Source: Planctomycetota bacterium
GTDB taxonomy: Bacteria; Planctomycetota; UBA1135
NCBI GenBank assembly: GCA_040264055.1
Contig: JBDQJC010000005.1
Coordinates: 1,440-65,439, forward strand
Length of the DNA stretch: 64,000 nucleotides
Direction: 5' to 3'
Translations under genes and position numbers: made by a program
Shown here: in pieces, positions 19,446-28,023 of the stretch
How the letters are laid out: every line of letters starts with the position of its first letter
Numbering within the stretch: the first letter of the stretch is position 1
Notes under the pieces: model-generated
What the model saw: the letters and a program-made list of their open reading frames with translations, nothing else
Database searches by the model: none
What the model was told of the DNA's origin: nothing

Positions 19446-21284
19446 CTAGGCCGGCAGCGGCTCGCTCGGAATCGGCATCCAGGCGAGGATCCGCCAGCCG
19501 GGCCCGACTTCGGGTGCTTCCAAGCCATCGTCCCCGATGGCGTAGACCTCGACCCTTCCGCCCGGTGAAATCGCGAACAAGGGCAGCGCGTCCGGGTGCT
19601 GCTTCAGCCAATCGGACCAGCCAAACTCTTCGCTGAGAGTGGTCGCGCGAATCGCCTGCTTGGCCCGTACGCGCGCAGCGAGCGCGGGAAAGACGGCATC
19701 TTCCGCAAACAGCACACGACCGTGCAGGACTTCGTTGACGTGTGCTTTCTCGCTCGCAACCTTGGTCGTCGTGCCGCGGCTCTTGATTCGAGCGCGGGCA
19801 CGGAACAAACGCTGTTGACCGAACTCACGCAAGAAGTTGCGGCTCGCCAGAAGATTCAATTCGCGGTTCGGGGTCAGAGCGAGCAGCCCGCCCAGTCCGG
19901 CCAGATTCATTTCGGTCTCGGCGCGCTCCGACATCGGATTGCCAAACCAAGCCGGAATCTCTTCCATGCGTGCGGCGCGCACGTTTTCCCAGTTGGTGTC
20001 CACCACCAGCACCGGGACTTCGGCCTCGTGCAGTGCTTTGCCAATCGCACGAGCCACCGCATTGGCGCCCAGAATCAGGAAACCGCGCGGATCGGGTTCC
20101 GCGACGCCCAAGCGTTTCGCCAATGGCCGCGAGGTCGCGCTTTGCAGCACAACGGTGCCGACGATCACGGCAAAGACCATCGGCACGAGCAAGTCCGCAC
20201 CCTCAAAGCCGAGCTCTTTCATGCGCGGGGCAAAGATCGCCGAAATCGCAGCAGCGATGATGCCGCGCGGCGCAATCCAAGCAAGCAAAGCCCGCTCGCG
20301 CATGTCCAAACTAGACCCCGCCGTCGCCGCGGCAACCTGCAAGGGTCGAGCAACGAACTGCACGACCGCCAAAACCCCGAGCGCACCCCAACCAAGCGCT
20401 TTCAGCTGATCAAGCTCAATCCGGGCAGCCAGTACCACGAACAGCGTGCTGATCAACAACACCGATAGTGACTCTTTGAAATCGAGGATCTCCTCGACGT
20501 GCACGCGTGGCAGGTTTGCCATCACCATGCCCATCACGGTCACGGCAAGCAGCCCCGATTCCGGCACAACCGTATCGGATGCCGCAAAGGCCCCACCCAC
20601 CAAGGCGAGAGTAAAGACGTTCTGAAGATAGTCGGGGATCGCATGCCGGCGCAGCAAGCCGCCGAGCAACCAACCAGCAAACGCGCCGATTCCCGTGCCG
20701 ACCACCAAGGTTCCGGTGAAGGTCATCAGGGTGTGCGACCAGGCCGCTCCTTCGCCGCGCGCGACCAAGAATTCAAAGACCAAGACCGCCAGCAGGGCTC
20801 CGAATGGATCGATGACGATGCCTTCCCAGCGCAACACTTCGGCGACCGCAGGCTTCGGCCGCACCACCCGCAGCATGGGCGCGATCACGGTGGGCCCGGT
20901 GACGACAACCAGAGCTCCAAACAGCAGTGCAAGTTCGATGGAATAGCCCAGGAACAGCCAAGCGCTCGCGGCACAGACCAACCAGGTAATCACGAGGCCG
21001 GCGATCACCATGCGCCACACGACCTGCCCCAAGCCACGCAAGCGATCAAAGCGCAGGGTCAGCGCGCCTTCAAACAGAATCACGGCAACCGACAGCGAGA
21101 CGAATGGAAACAGCAGCTCGCCGAATAGTTTGTCCGGATTCAGCCAACCGGTCACAGGCCCAGCCAGGATGCCGGCCAGCAAGAGGAACAAGATGGCGGG
21201 CAGGCGTACCCGCCACGCCAGCCATTGGCAGGCAATTCCGATCAGGCCAATCGCGGCCAGCGTCAGGAGCGCCTGATGTTCCAT
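19446..21284 (-). CDS. Cation:proton antiporter (CPA1/NhaP-type) with C-terminal RCK/TrkA-N-like domain
   Basis: 612 aa. About 12 TM helices with an Na_H_exchanger-type pattern (LLLAGILAGP...). The cytoplasmic tail FLILGANAVARAIGKALHEAEVPVLVVDTNWENV resembles a Rossmann RCK domain. Confidence 0.88.
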   Translation of the reverse strand: MEHQALLTLAAIGLIGIACQWLAWRVRLPAILFLLLAGILAGPVTGWLNPDKLFGELLFPFVSLSVAVILFEGALTLRFDRLRGLGQVVWRMVIAGLVITWLVCAASAWLFLGYSIELALLFGALVVVTGPTVIAPMLRVVRPKPAVAEVLRWEGIVIDPFGALLAVLVFEFLVARGEGAAWSHTLMTFTGTLVVGTGIGAFAGWLLGGLLRRHAIPDYLQNVFTLALVGGAFAASDTVVPESGLLAVTVMGMVMANLPRVHVEEILDFKESLSVLLISTLFVVLAARIELDQLKALGWGALGVLAVVQFVARPLQVAAATAGSSLDMRERALLAWIAPRGIIAAAISAIFAPRMKELGFEGADLLVPMVFAVIVGTVVLQSATSRPLAKRLGVAEPDPRGFLILGANAVARAIGKALHEAEVPVLVVDTNWENVRAARMEEIPAWFGNPMSERAETEMNLAGLGGLLALTPNRELNLLASRNFLREFGQQRLFRARARIKSRGTTTKVASEKAHVNEVLHGRVLFAEDAVFPALAARVRAKQAIRATTLSEEFGWSDWLKQHPDALPLFAISPGGRVEVYAIGDDGLEAPEVGPGWRILAWMPIPSEPLPA

Positions 21285-21318
21285 ACGGTCCGTCGCAGCT
21301 CGCTTTCAGATCGACCCA

Positions 21319-22233
21319 CTAGGCGGTCGGGCGGCGCGAACGAGTCATGAAGAGTACCGCTGCGAGCACCAGCGCGGCGCCAGCGATCTTGCGCAACCAG
21401 AGGCCCGTCTCGCCGCTCGGAGCAAACTCTTCGCCGAACAGCACAACCGAAACCACGACCGCGCTCGGCACTTTGAGGTTGTTCATTGTCGCGAGCAAGC
21501 CCGCCGAGACGCGACGTGCGCCGGCATTCCAAAGATAGAAACCGAAGCCCGAGGCGACGATGCCGAGGTAGGCCAGCGCGGCAATCTGTTGGCCGTCCAA
21601 ACGAAGTTCCGCGAGCACATCATCGGGCGCCGACCAGAATGGCCCGATCAGCCGCGTTGCGGCCGCCAGCCCGGCGACCAGCGTTCCACCGAGGAACATC
21701 CAGGCATGCGCCGCCGCGTCGGCCCGGCCAGGGTCGAACTGCAAGCCGCGCCGGTATGCCACTTGGCCAAAGGCGAAGCAGAGGTTGGCCCCTTGCACGA
21801 GCAGGAAGCCTTGGCCGAAGTCCGGGCGTTCGCTCGGATCCGCTCGCACCAGCCAAGCGCCGATCACGCAGGCGATCACTGCTAGCCATTCGCGGCCCCC
21901 GATTCTTCCGCTGCGGCCGCGAGTCATCAGCGAGTCAAGCAACAACACCCAGACCGGTGTGAACACAGTAAAGAGCGCGATCTCCCATGCTGCGAGGATG
22001 GGGTAACTCTGCAGATAGAGCAGATACATCACGCCGAACTGCACTCCCCCGATCAGCATCAGTCGACGGGTGCGCAGAGTTAGTCGCGCACGCCAAGCGA
22101 AGGGCAGGAAAACCAAGCCGGCCAGGGCCAAACGCAAGAAGGCCAGCCAGTCTCCTGGCACCCCAGCAAGAGCTTGTTTGATGATCCCGAAGCTAAAGGA
22201 CCAGATCAGCGTGGCGGCGAGCAGCGCGAACAC
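21319..22233 (-). CDS. EamA/DMT-family transporter
   Basis: 304 aa, 10 TM helices in two EamA-like halves. GTG start. Confidence 0.8.
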   Translation of the reverse strand: MFALLAATLIWSFSFGIIKQALAGVPGDWLAFLRLALAGLVFLPFAWRARLTLRTRRLMLIGGVQFGVMYLLYLQSYPILAAWEIALFTVFTPVWVLLLDSLMTRGRSGRIGGREWLAVIACVIGAWLVRADPSERPDFGQGFLLVQGANLCFAFGQVAYRRGLQFDPGRADAAAHAWMFLGGTLVAGLAAATRLIGPFWSAPDDVLAELRLDGQQIAALAYLGIVASGFGFYLWNAGARRVSAGLLATMNNLKVPSAVVVSVVLFGEEFAPSGETGLWLRKIAGAALVLAAVLFMTRSRRPTA

Positions 22234-22239
22234 GTCAAC

Positions 22240-22245
22240 AGCCTA
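22240..22245 (-). promoter_or_regulatory. -10-like hexamer TAGGCT, 6 nt upstream of GTG 22233 (leaderless configuration)
   Basis: Minus strand reads TAGGCTgttgacGTG. Confidence 0.4.
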
Positions 22246-22276
22246 CGCGGCCCGGCCTCAATCGAGGCCGCGCGGC

Positions 22277-22282
22277 TAGGAT
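22277..22282 (+). promoter_or_regulatory. -10-like hexamer TAGGAT, 6 nt upstream of GTG 22289 (leaderless configuration)
   Basis: TAGGATccccaaGTG. The 55-bp divergent region also holds the palindrome ggcctcAATCgaggcc (22254-22269). Confidence 0.4.
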
Positions 22283-22288
22283 CCCCAA

Positions 22289-25200
22289 GTGGATTCAAGC
22301 CTGGATTGGCATCAGGAAGCCAGTGCGCTTCTCGACCGCGGGCTGGTGCGTGCGGCGCGGCGGCTATTCCCGGCTGACTTCCACAAAGAACAGGCGCTGC
22401 AGGATCCCGAGGTCGGCGACCTGTGCGCTCGCATACTCAGCTTCGAAGGCCGAGCTCAGGCCGCCACCTGGTTGCGCCAGCGTCTCTATCAACGCTTCCC
22501 TGATTCGGCGGTCACCCAGGCAGCATGGGTGCGTTCGCAGGTGGGCATGGCGCGATTCCATGAAGTCGTGCACTGGCTCGACCACACTCGCGATGGCGCT
22601 CATTGGCCGGAAGATCAGCAGGCTCTGCTCTGGGAGACCCGCTTCGATGTGCACCTTGAGTTCCGCGACTTCTTCAAGGCCGAACGGGCCTGGGAGCGCG
22701 CCGCTGAAGCCGGACTGGAACCGAGCCGCGTCATCGCCGACCAGCTTGCACTTTTGCAGACTCAGGATCGGCACCAGGATGCATTGGCGCTCGCCGAGCT
22801 CGAGCTGCCGCGCTATCCGAATTCACCTCGGATCGCCCATTTTCACGCTTGGCTGCTGTTTCAGCTCAATCGCGAGGACGAAGCCATGGCCGCATTTGCG
22901 GCCGCGAACGATCGCTTCGAAATGTCCAATCTGCAGGTCGCCTGGGCCAGCGCCCTGGCCGACTGCAACCGTGAGCGCGAGGCCTTGCAGGTCTTTCAAC
23001 GCACTTTGGCTGAGTTCCCTCATCTCAGTCCGCGCCACCGACGCTACATCCACCTGAGGGTCGCGCAGATCGCCGCACGCTTGGGCGAACTCGATCTCGC
23101 GCGCCAACACGCGCATCATTCGGGAAGCCAAGCGGCCAAGATGCTGAAGGTTCTTGAGCAGCCCGAGCGGGTCGCCAAGCGTCTGGAGTTGCCGTTCCAG
23201 ATTCAGGCCCACTTGACCTGCGCTCCGGCCTCGGCGGCATCGATCTTGGGCTACTTCGAACAGGAGATCGACCACTCCGAGATCGCTGCGCAGATCACCT
23301 ACGACGGGACGCGTGACACCGACTTAATCGCGTGGTTGCGCGGCGCAGGATTCGTCGTGCGCTCCTTCAACCTGGAAGCCGGGACAGCCAAACGACTGAT
23401 CGATCGGGGTCTGCCGTTCAGCATCAGTCTGCGCTTTGTGACCAGCGGACATCGCACGACGGTGATCGGTTATGACCAGATGCTCGGCCGCATCATCATG
23501 CTCGACCCGGGCTCTCGCTACTTGCGTGAAATCGACGAGGACGATTTCATCAAGTGGCAGAATGCGCGCGGCGGCCGCGCACTCTTGATCATGCCACCGG
23601 ATGTGGCCGAGCAACACGCCGACCTGGTACTTCCCGATGAAGATCGGCAGAAGATCAGCCTGCAATACTCCGCGGCTTGCGAGCACAACAACCTCGACCG
23701 CTTAAACGAGCTCGATGAGTTGGTACGCGCGTGGCCGGAAGACCCGATGCGCTGGGAGTGCTTGTCGGCCCGCGCTTGGTCGACCGACGATCTAAGCCTG
23801 CGCTTAGAGGTCAGCCGCGTCAGCGTCGAGCATCAACCGAAGGATGGCTACGTCGCGCTGCGCCATGCGAGTTCGCTGCAATCAGCAAGTCAGCATGAAG
23901 AGTACCGCAAGTTCGTCGCGGGCTGGTCCAAGCGCCTCGATTGCCCCTACGCGCTCTTGGTCATGCACGCGAACTTGCTGGCAGGCCAGCCCGACGGCCG
24001 CCCCGGTGCCTGGCGTGAATATCTGCGCGCGGCTCGCCGCGCCGATGTCACCGAAGTCCCCTTCCGCGAGCTTTCTGAGTTCGTTTGGCGCGACCCCGAG
24101 ACGCGCGCCTTAGCGCTGGGCTTTGCTCGGATTGGCGCCTGTCTCAATCTGACCGACGAAGCGGCGGCCTTGCGTTACGCACACTTGTGCGTCGAAGCAA
24201 ATGCACGCGAAGAAGGCTTGCGATTCCTGACCGAGCGCACCGAACGCTTTGCCGGCAAGAGCAACTATCCACTGGTCAGTTTGGCGGCCTTCCTTGACGA
24301 CTTGAGCGATCGCAAGCAGGCGATTGAACTACTTCAACACGCCAAAGAAACCGACCCACGCTCGCAGGCCTGGCTGATTCAAGAACACTTCCGCCATCTC
24401 ATGGGGGCGGGCCGATTCGATGAAGCCGAAACTTTGCTAGAAGCCGAGGCGCCGCGATTGCGTTCGAAGCTCACCGCCTCGCTGGGTTGCCAGTTGGCCC
24501 GTGCGCGGGGTGATTTCCCGGCGGCGATCGCTGCGGTCGAAGCACTGGTTGCCGAGCATCCCACATCCGGCTCGCATTGGGAGACGCTGTTTGAGTTGGT
24601 GCGAGCGCAAGAGGGTCGCCAAGCTCTCCTGCAACTCCTGCGCACGACTCTGGACGATCGCAGCCTGCCAAGCGAGGCAGTCATTGAAGTGTGGAGCAGC
24701 GCGCACGCGGTCCATGAGTACTCCTTAGCCCATGAAGCCATCGAGCGCGCCGAGGAGTTACTCGACGACGTCAACATGGTGAGGAGTTTTCGCAGTCGCA
24801 CGCTAAGCGCCGAAGGCCGCACGGAAGAAGCGCTCCTGGCCGCGGAGCGCTTGGTGCAAGACGCACCCTTCCAACTTTCCGGCTGGGTTGACCTGGCCGC
24901 TTGCCAGTTTGAACTGGGACGGCTCGAAGAGGCTCGCGCCAGCTTGCGGCGCCGGCTCGAGCTCGGTTCGCCCTTCCCCTTTCTGTACGACCGGCTCCTG
25001 CAAACCGCTCAATCCAGCGAGGAAACACAAGCGCTACTCGATGAGATGCAGGCCATGTTGTTGGCAAGCGATCCTGCCGCCGGCGATGTACGCGTCGTGG
25101 CGCGATTGAGCCTGAAGTATCGACCACTCGAACAGGTCGACGCCTGGCTTGCGCAGCTCGCCGAAGCCTTCCCTTTGAACCGACCGGTTCTGCTTGCTCG

Positions 25201-27295
25201 AGTCGAGACCCTCGCCGAGGCCGGCCGCGCCAAACAAGCTGAAGCGGTGGCACGCCTTGCGTTCGAAGAAGATCCGGACGATTGGCGGATGGGCATGGCC
25301 TTCGCCGACCAACTGCAGAGCATGGGCCAAACGGATGCCCATCTGAATCTGGTGCGGCGCTTGATGGATCAATGCCCACATGTGGCATCCATCGCCAACC
25401 ACCTCGGCTTGACTCTGGCTGAACAGCGCAGGTTCGCCGAGGCTGACCAAGTCTTTCGCAGCGCCACGAAGCGCTTCCCCGGCACCGCTTCCGTGTTTGG
25501 ATGCTACGCCAGCTTGCTTTGGGACATGGGCCGGATCGACGAGGCCTTTGAAACCATCGCGCGCGCCTGCGACTTGGACTCGAGTTACTCCTGGGGTTGG
25601 CATACCTGGATTCGCTGGCTCAGCCGCAAACAGCGCCAAGCGGAAATGCTTGAGGTCGCGCGGGAACACGCGGCCCGTCGCCCCACCGACGCGGATGCCC
25701 GGCGTGTGCTCGCCACCGCGTGCGCGGAAGCCGATCTCGATGCCGAAGGACAGGCGGCCCTGGAACGCGCCGCGCAACTTGAGCCCGGCGAGCTGGGACA
25801 CATTTCCGCTCTCGCGAACTGGCATCAGCAACGTGGCCGTTTTGAAGAGGCCAAAATCGTGCTGCGACAAGCTCGCGAACGGCTTGGCAACCACCCTCGC
25901 TTTGCGGTGGCAGAGGGTGAAATCTTGCGCGTCGAAGGCAAGAAGAAAGACGCGCGCGAACTGCTGCGCACAGCGCTCGAGAGCTCACCGGACGATGTGC
26001 CGTCCTGGAATCAGTACGCAAGTTGGCTCAGCGAGGACCGATGCGTCGACGAGTTGGTCACACTCGTCAAGAATGTGCCCGAAGCCTTGCGCTTCGAAGA
26101 TTGGCTGCCCCGCATGGCTGCACGCGCCTTGGAGGCTTTGGATCGAGATGTCGAAGCCTTGCGCATGTTTGAGCGCGCGTATGCGCTCGATCCTTCGGAC
26201 GAGAGCCTGCGCGCAGAGTTGCTTGGTTCACGCCGTCATGCCGAAGACAAGGAAGGTGTGCGTCGCATGCTGGCGGATGGCTTTGACCCGCAAACAGCCT
26301 CCGAGAACTTCCTGTTTGAATTCGCCGCCTGCGCCGTTTGGGCCGGCGATGCCGCAGTCGACCAAGCTGTGTCGGCTCTGCTGCGCATCGAAGAATGCTC
26401 GCATTCAACCTGGCATCGGCTTTCGCAGCTGATCGAAGACAAACCGCTGCGCAAGCAACTGCTCGAAATCGCGCGGACCGCCGCGCGCAGTCCCGACGCG
26501 AACCAGGCCGTCTGCCGGAATGCGGTCATGATGCACACCGAGTTCGGCTTTGAGTCCAAGCAGCGAGCTGCTGTGCACAGGGCGCAACAGGAGTTGCAGG
26601 CTGAATTCACCGAGCGCTTTGCAGCTCACCCCGAGTTTTCCCAGGCTCTTTCCGAGTTCGCTGGACTGCCGCGCGGCAGTTCGAGCAAGCCGATGTGCCG
26701 ATGGCTGCATCGTCTGGTTGACGCGCCGATTGAGAGCGCCGATCTTTGGGGATCGCTCGGCTACTTTTTCGCTCCGATCGACCCTGAGCACGTTGTGCGC
26801 TTGATGCTGCATGATTTCGAACGCGCCGACGCGCGGCCCTGGATGCTCTCGCACTTGGCGGATGCCCTTGTCTCACTTAGGCGCGACGAAGAAGCGGAAA
26901 CAGTCCTGCAACGCGCGCTTTCCCAACAGCGCGACCCGAGCTATGGACACTTGCGCTCGCTTGAAGCCGAGATTCACCTGCATCGAGGCAACGACCGTTG
27001 GATCGTCAATCACCCCCGCGATCGCAGCGATATGAAGTATCGCGATCGAATTCGCGACTTGACCATTCAAGAAATCGCACGCGCCCGCTGCGAGCCGGCC
27101 GGAAGCAAACGGCGCACCGTCTACCGAAGCTGGCTGAAACGAGTCGCACCGAAGACGATCGGGCGCACCAAAGCGATTGCCTTCAATGTCTCGCGAGATT
27201 TGATGCCGAAGGAATGGGCGCGCACCCTTCGCAGCCCCCGCCCCTACCTTCTGCGCCTCGGCCGCGCCTATACGGTCTTTCACCTGGAGGACTAG
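22289..27295 (+). CDS. Giant (1668 aa) TPR/helical-repeat protein with embedded C39-like papain-fold cysteine peptidase domain
   Basis: Uninterrupted 5-kb ORF with TPR-like repeats throughout. Residues about 296-450 (LPFQIQAHLTCAPASAASILGYF...GLPFSISLRFVTSGHRTTVIGYD...IIMLDPGS) match the C39/C39_2 peptidase pattern. Predicted Cys311 (23219-23221), His388 (23450-23452), Asp406 (23504-23506). No signal peptide. Confidence 0.85.
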   Translation: MDSSLDWHQEASALLDRGLVRAARRLFPADFHKEQALQDPEVGDLCARILSFEGRAQAATWLRQRLYQRFPDSAVTQAAWVRSQVGMARFHEVVHWLDHTRDGAHWPEDQQALLWETRFDVHLEFRDFFKAERAWERAAEAGLEPSRVIADQLALLQTQDRHQDALALAELELPRYPNSPRIAHFHAWLLFQLNREDEAMAAFAAANDRFEMSNLQVAWASALADCNREREALQVFQRTLAEFPHLSPRHRRYIHLRVAQIAARLGELDLARQHAHHSGSQAAKMLKVLEQPERVAKRLELPFQIQAHLTCAPASAASILGYFEQEIDHSEIAAQITYDGTRDTDLIAWLRGAGFVVRSFNLEAGTAKRLIDRGLPFSISLRFVTSGHRTTVIGYDQMLGRIIMLDPGSRYLREIDEDDFIKWQNARGGRALLIMPPDVAEQHADLVLPDEDRQKISLQYSAACEHNNLDRLNELDELVRAWPEDPMRWECLSARAWSTDDLSLRLEVSRVSVEHQPKDGYVALRHASSLQSASQHEEYRKFVAGWSKRLDCPYALLVMHANLLAGQPDGRPGAWREYLRAARRADVTEVPFRELSEFVWRDPETRALALGFARIGACLNLTDEAAALRYAHLCVEANAREEGLRFLTERTERFAGKSNYPLVSLAAFLDDLSDRKQAIELLQHAKETDPRSQAWLIQEHFRHLMGAGRFDEAETLLEAEAPRLRSKLTASLGCQLARARGDFPAAIAAVEALVAEHPTSGSHWETLFELVRAQEGRQALLQLLRTTLDDRSLPSEAVIEVWSSAHAVHEYSLAHEAIERAEELLDDVNMVRSFRSRTLSAEGRTEEALLAAERLVQDAPFQLSGWVDLAACQFELGRLEEARASLRRRLELGSPFPFLYDRLLQTAQSSEETQALLDEMQAMLLASDPAAGDVRVVARLSLKYRPLEQVDAWLAQLAEAFPLNRPVLLARVETLAEAGRAKQAEAVARLAFEEDPDDWRMGMAFADQLQSMGQTDAHLNLVRRLMDQCPHVASIANHLGLTLAEQRRFAEADQVFRSATKRFPGTASVFGCYASLLWDMGRIDEAFETIARACDLDSSYSWGWHTWIRWLSRKQRQAEMLEVAREHAARRPTDADARRVLATACAEADLDAEGQAALERAAQLEPGELGHISALANWHQQRGRFEEAKIVLRQARERLGNHPRFAVAEGEILRVEGKKKDARELLRTALESSPDDVPSWNQYASWLSEDRCVDELVTLVKNVPEALRFEDWLPRMAARALEALDRDVEALRMFERAYALDPSDESLRAELLGSRRHAEDKEGVRRMLADGFDPQTASENFLFEFAACAVWAGDAAVDQAVSALLRIEECSHSTWHRLSQLIEDKPLRKQLLEIARTAARSPDANQAVCRNAVMMHTEFGFESKQRAAVHRAQQELQAEFTERFAAHPEFSQALSEFAGLPRGSSSKPMCRWLHRLVDAPIESADLWGSLGYFFAPIDPEHVVRLMLHDFERADARPWMLSHLADALVSLRRDEEAETVLQRALSQQRDPSYGHLRSLEAEIHLHRGNDRWIVNHPRDRSDMKYRDRIRDLTIQEIARARCEPAGSKRRTVYRSWLKRVAPKTIGRTKAIAFNVSRDLMPKEWARTLRSPRPYLLRLGRAYTVFHLED

Positions 27296-27303
27296 CGCAG
27301 CCG

Positions 27304-28023
27304 ATGACACCCGAACAACTCACATTCCGCAACCCACTGAGCACGTCCAGCATTGACGCTTGTCTCGCAATGCTCGCTGCTGATTGGCCGAAGGAAGTTG
27401 CTGCGCGGGTGTTCGACGTCGGCTGCGGAAATGGCGAGGCGCTTGCTCGGCTGCGTGAGTTGCGCCACGCGCAATCCGCGGCGGATTGCATCGTGCTGGG
27501 CATCGACCCCGATGGCGCGGCACTCGCACGCGCAGCGATGCGACACGCCGCCTTGTCATTCGATCAGATCGAAGAGGCGCGCTGGGAAGCGCGTAACTGG
27601 GCATCCGAACTCGCGCAGGACGGACCGTGGCAGGCCGCGATTTGCCTTGGCTCGCGGCATGCCTTTGGCAGCGACGCCAACGCTCGCGACACGATGTTGC
27701 ACGAGCTGAAGCAACGCTTGAACACGGACGGCCGCCTGTTCCTCGCCGATGGCTACTGGCGCGTCGAGCCCGAGGCCGCATACCTCGACGCGACGGGCCT
27801 GCAAGCCGACGAATTGATCTCGCTGCCTGCTTGGCATGCTCACTTCGCCGCGCACGGAATGCGTGTGTTGCACGAAGAATGCAGCAGCCCGGACGAATTT
27901 GAAGCCTTCGAACGCGTCTTTTGGGCCCAAGGTGGCGATCACTGGGAAGCCTGGTCCAAAGCTTTTCTGCGCTGGGGCAAGCAGACCATGGGCTTCGCCG
28001 CCTGGATTCTCGCCGCGGACTAG
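27304..28023 (+). CDS. Class I SAM-dependent methyltransferase
   Basis: Start at ATG 27304 (in frame inside ORF 26998-28023), 8 nt after the giant gene stop. Motif I VFDVGCGNGEAL, post-I LGIDPD, later GRLFLADGYW. Confidence 0.8.
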   Translation: MTPEQLTFRNPLSTSSIDACLAMLAADWPKEVAARVFDVGCGNGEALARLRELRHAQSAADCIVLGIDPDGAALARAAMRHAALSFDQIEEARWEARNWASELAQDGPWQAAICLGSRHAFGSDANARDTMLHELKQRLNTDGRLFLADGYWRVEPEAAYLDATGLQADELISLPAWHAHFAAHGMRVLHEECSSPDEFEAFERVFWAQGGDHWEAWSKAFLRWGKQTMGFAAWILAAD

